Shown here piece after piece: positions 1 to 13,950 of a stretch of 64,000 bases of DNA. Each line of letters begins with the position of its first letter. The first letter of the stretch is position 1. A model generated the notes under the pieces. It did no database searches. It had not been told where the DNA came from and saw nothing but the letters and a program-made list of their open reading frames with translations. Position numbers and translations under genes: made by a program. The stretch is taken from NCBI GenBank assembly GCA_951406725.2, contig OX597833.1:24490001-24554000 (forward strand), read 5' to 3'. This DNA comes from Octopus vulgaris. Lineage: Eukaryota.

Positions 1-11
1 TAATACATAGT

Positions 12-56
<45 letters not shown>

Positions 57-126
57 TTGTATATGTGTATAAATATATACTTATATAACTATATATATAC
101 AATTATATGCATATACGTATACTTGC

Positions 127-201
<75 letters not shown>

Positions 202-483
202 TATATATACAGTTATCCATCTATCCGTACATACGTACAAAAGTACAACACACACACACACAAGCACACACATACATATACTGTATATGAAGGCTAAGTG
301 TGATTTGAGTATATATATATAGGCGCAGGCGTGGCTGTGTGGTGAGAAGCTTGCTTCTCAACCACATCGTTCTGAGTTCAGCCCCACTGCGTGGGACCTT
401 GTGCAAGTGTCTTCTAATATAGCTTCGGGCCGATCAAAGCCTTGTGAGCGGATTTGGTAGACGGAAACTGAAAGAAGATCGTC

Positions 484-537
<54 letters not shown>

Positions 538-744
538 GAGAAGGGTAGTAATATTATTTACTACCAGGTGCCCAGCACAAAAGACGAATTAGTCATAAGA
601 CAAAAATATTATTCATATAGAAAAATATTATTCATGTAGTTATACAATTAAGGGCTCCTAAATAAAGATGCCGAGTGCTGGGAACACAAAAAGGGGATGA
701 ATTTATCGAGAGTGAAAATCAAAAACGTTTACCGATAACTTTAA

Positions 745-822
745 CAACTCGTACCGCGGTTTCTGCTTCTTTCTAGCAAAACACAGAATATGTTTGCTAA
801 GGCCAGCTTCATCAGCGAGTCG
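745..822 (-). ncRNA. type I hammerhead ribozyme, copy 1
   Basis: Reverse complement of the motif at 1244-1321. Confidence 0.75.
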
Positions 823-1243
823 CCTAAATTTAATCGAGGTCTGCAGCGATGTGGGACTATGTGTTGAACCCGACTACTAGCAGATCTTAACTTTTCAAAT
901 CTCTGCGCAGACGCAAAATTTACACGGGCATGCCGGGAAGAATTTTACGAATAAATCCATCATGTAATATGCGAATATAAACTACATGAATAATATTTTT
1001 CTATATGAATAATATTTTTGTCTTATGACTAATTCGTCTTTTGTGCTGGGCACCTGGTAGTAAATAATATTACTACCCTTCTCGTTTATATTCGCATATT
1101 ACATAATGGATTTATTCGTAAAATTCTTCCCGGCATGCCCGTGTAAATTTTGCGTCTGCGCAGATATTTGAAAAGTTAAGATCTGCTAGTAGTCGGGTTC
1201 AACACATAGTCCCACATCGCTGCAGACCTCGATTAAATTTAGG

Positions 1244-1321
1244 CGACTCGCTGATGAAGCTGGCCTTAGCAAACATATTCTGTGTTTTGCTAGAAAGAAG
1301 CAGAAACCGCGGTACGAGTTG
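1244..1321 (+). ncRNA. type I hammerhead ribozyme, copy 2
   Basis: Stem I cgactcg/cgagttg; CTGATGA at 1251-1257; long stem II (tagcaaa/tttgcta); GAAA; palindromic stem III accgcggt; GUA cleavage site at 1314. Confidence 0.8.
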
Positions 1322-1688
1322 TTAAAGTTATCGGTAAACGTTTTTGATTTTCACTCTCGATAAATTCATCCCCTTTTTGTGTTCCCAGCACTCGGCATCT
1401 TTATTTAGGAGCCCTTAATTGTATAACTACATGAATAATATTTTTCTATATGAATAATATTTTTGTCTTATGACTAATTCGTCTTTTGTGCTGGGCACCT
1501 GGTAGTAAATAATATTACTACCCTTCTCGTTTATATTCGCATATTACATGATGGATTTATTCGTAAAATTCTTCCCGGCATGCCCGTGTAAATTTTGCGT
1601 CTGCGCAGAGATTTGAAAAGTTAAGATCTGCTAGTAGTCGGGTTCAACACATAGTCCCACATCGCTGCAGACCTCGATTAAATTTAGG

Positions 1689-1766
1689 TGACTCGCTGAT
1701 GAAGCTGGCCTTAGCAAACATATTCTGTGTTTTGCTAGAAAGAAGCAGAAACCGCGGTACGAGTTG
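1689..1766 (+). ncRNA. type I hammerhead ribozyme, copy 3
   Basis: Same motif 445 bp downstream; CTGATGA at 1696-1702. Confidence 0.8.
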
Positions 1767-1862
1767 TTAAAGTTATCGGTAAATGTTTTTGATTTTCACT
1801 CTCGATAAATTCATCCCCTTTTTGTGTTCCCAGCACTCGGCATCTTTATTTAGGAGCCCTTA

Positions 1863-1933
<71 letters not shown>

Positions 1934-2172
1934 GTGTGTCTGTGCTTGTCCCCTCACCATCGCTTGTCTCCTCACCATCGCTTGACGGTCGATGTTGGTG
2001 TGTTTACGTCTCCATAACTTAGTAGTTCGGCAAAAGGGTCCGATAGAATAAGTACTAGGCTTACAAAGAATAGGTTCTGGGGTCGTATTGTTCAACTAAA
2101 GAGGCGGTAATCCAGTATGGCCACAGTAAAGTGACTGAAACAAGTAAACGAATAAAGGAATAAAAGAATATG

Positions 2173-2215
<43 letters not shown>

Positions 2216-2224
<9 letters not shown>

Positions 2225-2601
2225 AAATCCGTTCTGTGTGTGTGTCTTCTAGGATCTCGAGCATCCTCCATCCGCTTGAGCTCAAATTTGATATATAGAT
2301 ACCGACGTTGCCAGGGCGTGTATAAGTCTTGAAAAAATTACAAAAATCGATTCCAGGTGAGAATGCAATCGATAAAGCCGTGGGAACGTGCATTTGTACG
2401 AGCAAGTACACCAGCTGTTGCGATCGATATTACGCGTACGCGAGAAAAATGCACGTGCAGTTTGCGCAAAAAAAGCCGGCTGGCTTGTAATAATGCCACA
2501 AAATGGGACGGTCGGACAAGTTGTTTTGAGAATATTTGTTTTCAATGTTTGTCAACTCAGCCCCATTCATTGGGCGGGGTGGGGGGGTTGGCATTTTGCT
2601 C
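2216..2601 (+). mobile_element. non-autonomous Helitron-like element, family H1
   Basis: Homologous to 13069-13447 (-); 5' end tattatataaaatccg; degenerate 3' hairpin followed by ttttgctc. Confidence 0.6.
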
Positions 2602-3319
2602 ATATATATATATATGCTTAGTATACAAAATAGAGTTATGCCTTAACCTTAATGCCCATTGGTGGCAGTGTTGCCTTTTTTGTAAACTCCATGAAGAATA
2701 TTAGGTTCGAGTTCCTCCTGCAACTTCAATCGAAGTTCAATTTAACCTTTTTCTCTGAGAAGATATTACGCTAAAATACCAGTCACGGATCAGATTTGAA
2801 TAATTAATTTTTTCTCTATCACTTACCCAGTGACATACTTAGAAATAATTATCAGCATCAGCATCATCTTTTTATTGTTACTGCTAATATTAAGACCGAT
2901 GAATGGAGGCCGCTTCTTTGGCACCCAGGTCACATTCCTAGCGCCCACCCAACTTACCACCACAAACATAGGCCTTCCTGAAGCTAATTCAATTTAGCTG
3001 CATTTCACAAATAAAACTTAACCTAATTAACCTATTATTTTGTTTTTACCGCAGTCTCCCCCTTTTGGCTACCCCATTACCATCCCACTTTTCTTCAACG
3101 TCCCCTTGAAACTTTCCACTGCCCCCTCCCTCACCGGGAGGGGGCGGTACCGCCCGCTTTCAGAACCGCTGCTGTAGAGCAATGGACAAATTTTTCCCTA
3201 GTTCACTTCAAGCTGCTGTTGACTATGCCTCTAATTCTTCCGAGGTCAATAAAATAAATTGTCCGACAAGAACTATTCTACCTCTCAACTGTCTGGGCAT
3301 GTTCGTAATATAGTAAGTA

Positions 3320-3516
3320 GCAGAATCGTTAGCGCGCTGAACAAACTACTTTGCAGGATTTCATCCGCTTTAGGTTCTTAGTTTAAATTCCGCCGAGGTT
3401 CACTTTGCCTTTCATTCTTTCAGGGTCCCTAAAATGAGTACCTGGCAAATACTGGGGTCAATGTAATCGCTTTACTCTCCTCAAAAACTGATGAACCTGT
3501 GCCAAAATTTGAAATA
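3320..3516 (+). mobile_element. SINE family B (Nin/Deu-domain-like)
   Basis: aattccgccgaggttcactttgcctttcattctttcagggtc core shared with the copies at 8900, 12697 and 39951. Confidence 0.7.
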
Positions 3517-3560
3517 TTTATTTTTAGTACGGCGGTGGGATGGCAGAATCGTTAGCGCCC

Positions 3561-3940
3561 CGGCTGTGTGACAAGAAGCTTGCTTCCCAACCACATGGTT
3601 CTGAGTTCAGTCACGCTGCTTGGCACCTTGCGCAAGTGCCTTCTACTATAGCCTCGGGCCGACCAAGGCCTTGTGAGTGGATTTGGCAGACGGAAACTGA
3701 AAAGAAGCCTATCGTATATAAATATATGTATGTGTGTGTTGTCCTCTACCATCGCTTGACAACCGGTGTAGGTGTACTTACGTTCTCGTAACTTAACGGT
3801 TCGGAAAAAGACACAGATAGCATAAGTACTAGGTTTAAAACCCAAAACGTACTGTAATCGATTCATTCGACTAAAATATTCCTAGGCGGTGCCTCAGCAT
3901 GGCCGCAGCAAAATTATTAAAACATATGAAAGAATAAAAG
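3561..3940 (+). mobile_element. SINE family A
   Basis: Head, short internal microsatellite and tail all match the family. Confidence 0.8.
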
Positions 3941-4729
3941 GATTCTATAATACAGAAAATAATAGAGATCGCAAAAAGGCATGGCAGCTACGGTTGGAAT
4001 GTGCAAAAAAGTTTATTTGAACAGGGCCAATGAAGAGCTAAACAAAAACAAACCCACAAGAAACTTTTCCTGGCTGCTCGACAATTTACATATTGTAATT
4101 AAATATCTACTCAGACCAGATTCTACTATTTCATATAGGCAAAGATATATTCGACTATGTAAATCCAAGGTAGACTATGTCCGAATAAAATACGAACTGG
4201 TCAAATTTAAAGAATAGTCCTGCACGATCATGGTTGATAAAAGGATTAAAAACAACAATTATTATGGCAGAAACATGATCACATCAGTAAAAACGACAGC
4301 GACAGGCATAAAGAAGAAAAAAAACGGCAAAATAATTATCTAAAATATACGTTATAAGTTTAAATGATTGATGGAAATTTAATTAGATTTAGTTAATTGA
4401 TCAAGAATGTTAAAATGATCAAGTATGGTAATTTATCAAGTAGGTTTTGTGTTCCAAATGAGATTAGGTTTCCCAAATAACAAAACAAATACAAAAATGC
4501 TAAGTAATCCTTAATAGGGGTACTTGTCTACCAGCTCCCACTACCTCGTATGTATGTATGTATGTATGTATGTATGTATGTATGTATGTATGTATGTATG
4601 TATGTATGTATGTATGTATGTGTGTGTGTGTGTATATGTATATGTATATACATATACATACAATCATGCACAAGCATATATATTAATATATGTATCTACG
4701 GGTGTACATGTTCATACTATATATAAATG

Positions 4730-4763
<34 letters not shown>

Positions 4764-5404
4764 TAAAGCATATGATATTCAGTACTTATGAATAATTTGT
4801 GTGTATGTTCTGGATTATAGCTACATAACTTTATATTCTGAATATTATCCAGAATAAGGGAGAATAAATTCACCCACTTTGAGATCAGGATTTCTACCCT
4901 TCGATATTAAAATCTACTCTGAAAGCTCAGAATCATTCAGTGCGTTAGGAAGTCACTCATGTTGCCCGATGTCCCCTACGGAGTAAACAAGGAAAGAGAC
5001 TAATTGTTCGACTAGTCATGGGAAGATTGGGCTGAGGTCAATGATCTCGTTGGGTTGTTTATCCTGGATACCATTAAAAACATCACCTCACACAGTTTGT
5101 CACGGCACAGGTAACATGGCTTGGCAAGTTCAAGTTATATGATTGACCACGCCATAGAAAGTTCAGGAAAAAATTATATACATCTGCAAAGAATTATGTT
5201 TCAGTATTAGTATGTTACTAGTGAGGCAACAAAGATCACCACAGGCGACAAAACAAAAGAGGATTCCCTGTACATATGCCAAAGGAGTAAAGTGCTTAAA
5301 TCCATAAAAATTCCGTAGATATTTACAAGCGTGTGTGTGTGAGAGAGAGAGAGATTAAAAGAGAGAACGAATGTTTATTATACAAATATATATATATATA
5401 TATA

Positions 5405-5612
5405 TAATAATAAATATTAGGGAATACATCCAAATTTACAGGGAAAAATCAGATTTAGGATTGAATCCAATTTTATAGTAAAATATAATATAATATTATT
5501 AGAGACAAAACCACTATTATGCAAATCAAACAAAGAAAGACTTAATCCAATACATAAAAAATTTCTTGTTTGATTTGCATAATAGTGGTTTTGTCTCTAA
5601 TAATATTATATA
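5405..5612. repeat. fold-back insert in (TA)n, probable PLE pseudo-LTR stub
   Basis: About 45-bp inverted arms, ttagagacaaaaccactattatgcaaatcaaaca versus its complement near 5567-5600. Confidence 0.55.
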
Positions 5613-6682
5613 TATATATATGTATGTATGTATATAACACGTACACACATGCGCACACGCGTATATTCCTAACTTCTTAAAAAATATAAAATATAAAAGA
5701 ATGAAAGAACATCGACTTGTAAGACATGGCACCCACGAATCATTCAAATAAAGTATTTTATCTGTGTATTTTATTTATTTATTTTTCATAAGAAGAACCA
5801 TATTTCGTATTGCGTTAATTAAATACACTATGTCGGTAAAAATGGGGATGATCATGGCATAAACACACTCAAACATATACATACACATATTATCAGAAAC
5901 CCTACGTAAAGCTAATCATTTAACCAATGTGTCGATTGGGCATATATCGGCTTCGGCTCTCACGTCCAGAGCCAGGGTGGCTTGGCTGAGTCTGGATGAT
6001 AACGGTTAAAAATGCTTGCCGTGTGTCTTCATAATTGCAAATGGTCTTTAACAGTTCATTTGCCTCATTGCGTCGCAGAGAACTTCCCTCCAAAAAGTTT
6101 TCTTTCCTTTCATTTTTTTCTTTGTTACAAAATAATACTTCTCAAGTATTTTGAGTAAATTTACATGTTATTTTTAGATTAGCAAAAATAAATAAATATT
6201 TGATAAATGAGTAAATGTAAAAATAAAGCAAAAATTTAAAATATGCCAGTAGTATCCGCGTGTGTGCTCTATGACATTAGAATTAGAAAAGGTAGCAATA
6301 CCCAAGCAACTCTCACACTTTTTACAAACTTTAAAAGAGTTTCTTTCATGACATGTTACTTAAAGACTCATACCTTGGAAATTAGAAAAAATAAAAAAGA
6401 GATCTTTGAGATTTCTGAAAAGCCAGGACAGAATCTCAACTCGCCGTAATAAAAGGATAACATTGCTATAGCGTGACAGTGCTAGTTAAATCGGAACGTA
6501 CGATAACCTCATGCATACATGTACAAATATATGTATGTATGTGTCTGTGTATGTATGTATGCATTCATGAATATATGCATGATCGGTTAAAATTTAAATG
6601 CATTCGCAAGCATAACTTAAGATAGCAATTGTAAGTAATTCTAAATACATCCATGCACACACATCCAACATACATGAACATG

Positions 6683-6780
<98 letters not shown>

Positions 6781-6805
6781 GTGTGTGTGTGTGTGTGTGT
6801 GTGTG

Positions 6806-6855
<50 letters not shown>

Positions 6856-6870
6856 GTGTGTGTGTGTATA

Positions 6871-8072
6871 TTAGGTTGTTCCCAAAATAATGGCCGATTT
6901 CAGAAACATGATTTTATTCTGGAAAAATTAACAATAAAAATGTCTTGATTAGTGAAAGTATGAGCTGTGAACATCTATGCGCCTCTGCCATCGATCAACG
7001 AGATTATTTATTATGATAAAAACTTATTGGCTTTGATGCTTTGAAAGCTGATTCCATTTCTAGTTTGGACCTGAAAGTTTTATAACTTAAAACCGTGTTT
7101 AAATGCAAAAAAAATCGTAGTCAGTGGATGAAAGATCAGGAAAATTTGGAGGATGTGGTAAAGTCTCGTTTCCCATGTTTGTGAGTTTCTGCAGCGTCAT
7201 TATTCCAACATGTCGCCTTGCATTATCGTGAAGCAGAACTGACCACGCCGATTCACCAATGCAGGTCTCATTTTTTGCAAGTGAGCATGCGTTTCAGCGA
7301 GTCGGTTGCAGTAAAATTCTGCTGTAATGCAGATTGACTTCCAGAAAGCTGTAATGGGCAACACCAATTGAGAACTGTTTGGGGGACTCATCACGATCAG
7401 GCCATTTACCTGATCGTTTACGGTTATCGTAAAGGATCCACTCTTCGTCACATTCGGTCAAGAAAAGGATCATTGGTGTTTCGCAGAAAGAGCATCGAGT
7501 ACACTTTAAAACGCCGAACTTTTTGATTTTCATTGAGCTCATGCGGTACTCATTTATCCAGCTTTTTCACCTTACGAATCTTCTGCAGATTACGTGAGAC
7601 CGTTGTAATACCGACACCAAGTACCTGAAACATTTCTCTGACAGTTTTGACGTGGGTTTTGTTAAATAATTGCTTTCAATTGTTCATTGCCATGACTGCA
7701 TGAACATCTTCTACCTTCTTCTTTTTCAAGGCTCGCATCGCCACTAGGAAATTTCTGAAACTACCATCGTACCGTGCGATCACTTGTGGACCCCTCTCCC
7801 CATGCTATGTTGATATTGGCAGCAGTTTGGGAAGCATTGCACCCAAGCTTGAACACATAAAAGAAAAGTAAACGGAGGTCCTTATTTGTCATGTTCATAA
7901 TTAAAGGCGCCTATGCTTCAATAATGTTTTCTGTTTGAAATAAGTAGAAAATTATTAAAGAGCATACATCAATTATTAAGTATGTCGAAATTCACATAAA
8001 ATAAAATAAAATACAATGATAAAATTGCGTTTCAAAACACAACACTTAGAGCGGCCATTATTTTCGGAACAA
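6871..8072 (-). mobile_element. decayed mariner transposon (Hsmar1/cecropia-like), transposase pseudogene ~7892-6950
   Basis: TIRs gttgttcccaaaataatggccg / cggccattattttcggaacaac; translations MTNKDLRLLFFYVFKLGCNASQTAANINIAW, CDEEWILYDNRKRS, HDNARRH, PHPPNFPDLSSTDY; stops and frameshifts. Confidence 0.9.
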
Positions 8073-8079
8073 CAACAAC

Positions 8080-8146
<67 letters not shown>

Positions 8147-8274
8147 ATGTATGTATATATAGTATATGTATATTGTATATATATATAAATATTACATATA
8201 TATTACACCCACCCACACTCATATGTATATTTATATATATGCGTGTGTGTATATATACATATTTATATTATATA

Positions 8275-8332
<58 letters not shown>

Positions 8333-8866
8333 CATACATAAATACACACACACACACGCACTTATCCGGCTACTCATACACAACTAAATTTGCTTCTTTT
8401 ACACCTGCCATCGGTCTAATTACCATTACAACAATACAAGAGATCAGCTTACTTAACTTGCTTAGTTGACTGACTTAACTCACTCGCTGACTGAATGACG
8501 ATATATGTAATTGTCTGAGAACCACAAGAGTTCAACATAAAATAAAAGAAAATGTAAAAACACATCAGCCGTCTGATCAAAGAGCGAATTACCGAATAGC
8601 AAGGATCTAAAGACAAACAAATAACAACAACAGCCGCAGCAGTAGCATCATCAGCAGCAGCAGCAACAGCAAGGGAAACACCAAATGTGTGGCTAATATT
8701 ATAGGTGCTTATTTCTCACACATTATACGCAGAATATAGTCTCCCCATCAGTAATTATTGTTGCTTTCTTAAATTCATCATCAAAATCATCACCATTATC
8801 AACACCATGTTCACAACCGTGGCCTTTGTTATAATTATTAAAACATTCGAACAATAACAAAGCATT

Positions 8867-8899
<33 letters not shown>

Positions 8900-8900
<1 letters not shown>

Positions 8901-9108
8901 GTTTCAAATTTTTCCACAAGGGCAACTATTTTGCGGGAGGAGACGAGTCGATTACATCTACCCCAGTGTTCAACTGGTACTTATCGACCCCGAAATGGTG
9001 AAAGGTAAAATCGTCCTCGGTGTAATTTGAACTGAGAACGTAGCGATGGGCGAAATACCGTAAGCATTTCGTCCAGTGTGCTAAGGATACTGCCAGCTCA
9101 CCGCCTTA
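8900..9108 (-). mobile_element. SINE family B
   Basis: Reverse complement of aaggcggtgagctggcag...ggggtagatgtaatcgact. Confidence 0.8.
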
Positions 9109-9169
9109 ATAATAATAACGCATTACTAATTTTTGTGGTTAATGAAGATATTATTGCTGTAGTTTGGGC

Positions 9170-9830
9170 GTTTGGCATCTAGAATGTTGCCAGGTACTCA
9201 CTGCATTCTGGCGGTTGGACAAGGCCGTTTGCAGGAAAATAACTCAGGATTTCTGTAGGGGACTAGTTGCACAATGATGGCCTAGGATTGACCCTGGGCA
9301 TCGACGGGAACAGTCCGGGTGGTATCTTCTGGGGGACCTTTATATCAAAGACCACAGACAATTTCCAAAGGTCTTTGGTATGGGAATACTACAGGGTAGA
9401 ATTGCTTCTTCAAGACAAGCATTTCAGGTATGGAAGCGCCAGCAACTGCAACTGTCCGCAATGGATGCAGAGGGGCGATACTGTTTTGCATGCAATCGTT
9501 CAGTGTTCGGACATTAGCGACTGGCGGGCCTGTCTCTTTTAAGACAAATCCAGCTGTCCGTCAAGTGTGAAAACTGACCCCCCTCCACCTTCGTTTGAGA
9601 GAGAAGAGTGATCTTTCTCTGCTTCGTAGCTATGGCAAAAGAAGCTGTGTGGTGGACCCGTCTGAAAGGTTTGAAGACATGTATGTTCCTATCTGGCCAA
9701 GCTCTCATCAATTTCTTCAAATATCATTTGAAGAGGAAAGTGGGGTTAGAGAGGGAGGTGCTACCTTCAAGTGTGCTTATCAAAAGGTGAGCGAAAATAG
9801 CAACACTGATGAGGGATAGCAAAATAATCC
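9170..9830 (+). pseudogene. 3' fragment of an L1/Tx1-clade LINE ORF2 (zf-RVT / CCHC region)
   Basis: LLQDKHFRYGSASNCNCPQW...DTVLHAIVQC and VAMAKEAVWWTR resemble the L1-group C-terminal CxxC...H...C and AKxxIWxxR motifs; frameshifted. Confidence 0.65.
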
Positions 9831-10512
9831 GGAACGTTTTGTGTGGGGTTTACTCTGAATGACCTAAAGTGGATTACCCAGCTATTGAAGATTCTATTAA
9901 TTAAATATTTATTGTTAATTTTTATCTTTCTATTTTTTTTTGCCATATCCTTACTATTGTAGTGTCACCTCTCAATAGATTTAAAACCTATGTATATGGC
10001 CAATAAAAGAAATCATCCTCCTCCTCCTCATCATCATCATCATTAAGGGAATTAATATTGTTATTGGTGCTGTTATTGTTATTTTGGGTGATATATTGGA
10101 AAGAACGATAAACAGAACTGCCTTGCGGTGTTCGTTTAGATGGTGTTGTTTTATGTTGTGTGTTGAAAGGCAGCTCAGGTCAATTCTGTCTTTGATGCCT
10201 TCCTGATGCTGACACAATAAATACTAGCGAGAGTTTAAATTTGCTTTCACCGATGATTGTATTGTGCTTAGAAATTCATGACCCTGTGCCAGTGCAAGAA
10301 ATTATTTTTATTAGCCTAGAGGCAGCGAGAATCGTTAGCTCGCCGGATCAACTGCTCAGCGGCAATTTTACTTATACGTGTGTTTGTTTGTGTGTACGTA
10401 TGTACACACACACATCCATACATATATATATATGCATACACAAATAAATATAAATATATAATTATTTTTATATATATATACACATACATACACCCTCACA
10501 CACACACACACG

Positions 10513-10550
<38 letters not shown>

Positions 10551-10681
10551 TATATATATGTAGGATGTACGTACTAAAACTTAATATAAGCTGCTAGGCA
10601 CAATGTAATACCATAAAAGGAATACTTTAATCGCTGCTAAATGTGTGTGACTATGTACGTATATTTATATATATGTATATA

Positions 10682-10772
<91 letters not shown>

Positions 10773-11175
10773 GTATGTGTGTGTGTGTGTGTGTGTAAAT
10801 ATGCATGTATATCATCCAGCCTTAGCGAATGTTATTGTTTTGCGGATAACTGGATTTGTAGTAAACCGAATTCGCATATTAGCGGATAAATTACGAAGTT
10901 TAACAGTAGCAAGTTAATGTGCATATTTTACGCATGTACATTTTGTGTTCACAGAATTTTCTTACAATTGTTTGACTAACGCTTCCTGGGACTTTTGAAT
11001 TGCCTTAGTCTGGTGGTTCTCAGCCTTTCGTTATCTCTTTTTACTGAATGTTCGTTTATAAAAGCCCCGTCTCGATGATTTTCACGGCAACCCTGTCCCC
11101 ACAAAACAGCAGAATATTTTAATCCAATAGAAGCTAATTTTATGTATTAATATAGTATCCATAACCTCTCATGAA

Positions 11176-11500
11176 TGCGCATAGCTCAGTGGTTAGGATA
11201 TTTGACTGACAGTCTTTGGGTCGTGAGTTCGATTCTTAGCGGCGTGTTGTGTCTTTGAGAAACCACTTTATTTCACGTTGCTCCAGTTCACTCAGCTGAC
11301 GAAAATGAGTAGTACCTATAATTCAAAGAGCCAGGTTTATCACATTCTGTGTCACAATGAATCTCCCCGAGAACTACATTAAGGGTACACGTATCTGTGG
11401 AGAGCTTAGCCGCTTGCACGTTAATTTCACGATTGGGCTGTTCAGTTGATCGTTTCAACTGGAAACCTCGTCGTCGTAACCGACAGAGTACAGTTTCTTT
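11176..11500 (+). mobile_element. SINE family C (tRNA head)
   Basis: tagctcagtggttagg A box, gagttcgattc B box, body cacgttgctccagttcactcagctg. Confidence 0.75.
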
Positions 11501-11897
11501 TCCCTCATATTAACTTATCCACCTCTTGCGTCTTTTTAGATATCACACATGAAAATTATCAAAGAAGGCGAGGAGTTACATAATTCAATTATATCAGATC
11601 TTGGCATATCATGAGTCATACTTCCCTCACTGATAACATAATGTCCTTCTCATATTCAAATACCAAAATAAATTCTTTAAAAGTTGGATAGCATATGCAC
11701 AGGCATGGCTCTGTGGTTGAAATACTTGCTTTGCAACTACGTCAGCTTTGTTTGGGCTAACATATTTTATTATAGTCCTGGGTTGGCCTTGGTTAGATGG
11801 AAAATGCGTGGAAGTCCGTCGAATGTATCTATGTATGTATTTATGTATGCGTGTGAATGTATGTATGCGTGTGCATGTATGTATGTATGTATGTATG

Positions 11898-11929
<32 letters not shown>

Positions 11930-11975
11930 TGTATGTATGTATGTATGTATGTATGTATGTATGTATGTATCTATC

Positions 11976-12180
11976 TATGTCTGCTCCTTGCAGAATTTGA
12001 TCTCTTCCTGTAACTATGACTACTCTTTCCCTATGTGCGTTCTTAAATGAATTCTGACTTCTGAATGTTGTTTGAAGAGCTAATTGCACATATTGCAATA
12101 ATATGTAATTCCATTTCATTGGATCCATTTTCCGCTTATCTATTATCAATGTTCAGGTGTTTCTTCAATCGTCCACGTGA
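11976..12180 (-). pseudogene. C2H2-like zinc-finger fragment, probable RTE LINE 3' end
   Basis: Diverged homolog of 14978-15225; ends in ggagcagaca followed by a microsatellite tail. Confidence 0.5.
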
Positions 12181-12570
12181 ATACATACATACATACATAC
12201 ATACATACATACATACATACATACATACATACATACATACATACATACATACATACATACATACATACATACATACATACATACATACATACATACATAC
12301 ATACATACATACATACATACATACATACATACATACATACATACATACATACATACATACATACATACATACATACATACATACATACATACATACATAC
12401 ATACATACATACATACATACATACATACATACATACATACATACATACATACATACATACATACATACATACATACATACATACATACATACATACATAC
12501 ATACATACATACATACATGAATGAATGAATGAATGAATGAATGAATGAATGAATGAATGAATGAATGAAT
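12180..12570. repeat. (ATAC)n of ~340 bp followed by (ATGA)n
   Basis: Directly visible; source of the spurious IHTY / MYVC ORFs. Confidence 0.95.
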
Positions 12571-12696
12571 GTTCGTCCTTCGGTTCGAAGATGACATCAT
12601 CTGGTGGAACTGCCGCTATGAGACCGGAAGTACATATACATACATACATACATACATACATACATACATACATGCATGCACATACATATACATACA

Positions 12697-12929
12697 TATT
12701 TCTTCACTACACACAAGGGGCTAAACATAGAGGGGACAAACAAGGAGAGGCAAAGGGATTAAGTCGATTATATCGACTCCAGTGCGAAACTGGTACTTTA
12801 TTCATCGACCCCGAAAGGATGAAAGGCAAAGTCGACCTCGGCGGAATTTGAACTCTGAACGTAAGGACAGATGAAATACCGCTAAGCATTTCGCCCGGCG
12901 CGCTAACGTTTCTGCCAGCTCGCCGCCTT
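12697..12929 (-). mobile_element. SINE family B, full length
   Basis: Matches the head and body of the copy at 39951. Confidence 0.85.
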
Positions 12930-13068
12930 GTATATACATACATATTTATACATATATACATAATACATATATGGTAAAAACCATTCTTTTTATTATCTCT
13001 GTCTCTCTTTATAAATACACATACACAGACACATCCACCCGCACACACACACACACACACATATAAAT

Positions 13069-13447
13069 ACGAGCAAAATGTCCCCCGTCCAGTGGACGGT
13101 GCTGAGTTGTCAAACATTTAAACCAAATTTTCTCAAAACAGCTTGTCCGACCGTCCCATAGGCCTCCCCTTTGAGAAACACTGATTTAACCTAAAGTTGA
13201 GACACCAGCAAAGGAAGAAATAAAGATAGACTTTTTTCTATTCCAAGGAAAACGATTTTACAAATGCACGTTCCCACGGCTTTATCGATCGCATTCTCAC
13301 CTGAAATCGATTTTTGTATTTTTTTAAAGTCTTATACATGCCATAATACTGTCGGTATCTACATATCAAATTTGATCGCAATCGGATGGAGGATGCCCGA
13401 GATCCTAGAAGATACACACACAGACAGAACGGATTTTATATAATAGA
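13069..13447 (-). mobile_element. non-autonomous Helitron, family H1
   Basis: 5' TC at 13447; 3' hairpin ccgtccactggacgg followed by CTCGT. Confidence 0.7.
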
Positions 13448-13842
13448 CTAGCAGTATCGCCCGGCGTTGCACGGGTTTGTAAGGGAAATAACTATATAAG
13501 CATTTTTAGAGAGTTATAGCCAAAAAATAGGAAAAAAATGCATTAAAAATGGAAAAAAATTAAGGTAAATTTCTTTTTAAATCGTTGACACATCGTAGAT
13601 ATTTTTAGAGAGTTACTTCCCTTATATAATAGCGAAAAAATGCATTAAAATGGAAAAATATGATGGTAAATTTTTTTAAATCGTAGACTCATCGTAGACG
13701 CGCGCTAATACCCAGAAGGGCTCGATATGACTCACGACTATAAGATACCCAGTTTTGGTTACACTGCACCGCAAAATGTGGGAGTAGTTACGAATCTAAA
13801 TCGTAGGAGACAGACACACAACTTCACTCTTATATATAAAGA
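13448..13842 (-). mobile_element. non-autonomous Helitron, family H2
   Basis: 5' TCtttatatata; 3' hairpin cccgtgcaacgccggg then CTAG; homologous to 55310-55704. Confidence 0.85.
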
Positions 13843-13950
13843 TATAAGTCACGTAGTTATATACACATACTTTGTTATATACACATTCTTAAAAGAAAAT
13901 GTTATTTTGAATACAACATTTATAAAGAATAAAATATTTTTTGGTTTTTC

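Larger units (their letters stand above)
533..1870. mobile_element. PLE pseudo-LTR / retrozyme-like insert: one inverted copy plus two tandem copies of a 445-bp unit
   Basis: 981-1425 and 1426-1870 are near-identical direct repeats; 533-980 is a circularly permuted reverse complement; (TA)n on both sides. Confidence 0.85.
321..2170 (+). mobile_element. tRNA-derived SINE family A (head 321-484, internal (TA)n, tail 1929-2170), interrupted by a 1.3-kb HHR repeat insert
   Basis: Head ggcgcaggcgtggctgtgtggt...ggaaactgaaagaag and tail ...gactgaaacaagtaaacgaataaa match more than 20 other full or partial copies in the window. Confidence 0.85.

Noticed and set aside
981-1870. CRISPR-like or satellite interpretation of the tandem repeat
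   Set aside because: No repeat-spacer structure and a eukaryotic context; the HHR-containing unit explains it better.
4840-4950. Possible minus-strand HHR (ctgaatga...gaaatcctgatc)
   Set aside because: Wrong core spacing and no stem I.
9801-9846. CTGATGA...ggat/atcc...GGAACGTT hammerhead-like string
   Set aside because: GAAA is broken and stem I does not pair in register; it lies at the end of a LINE fragment and is likely chance.
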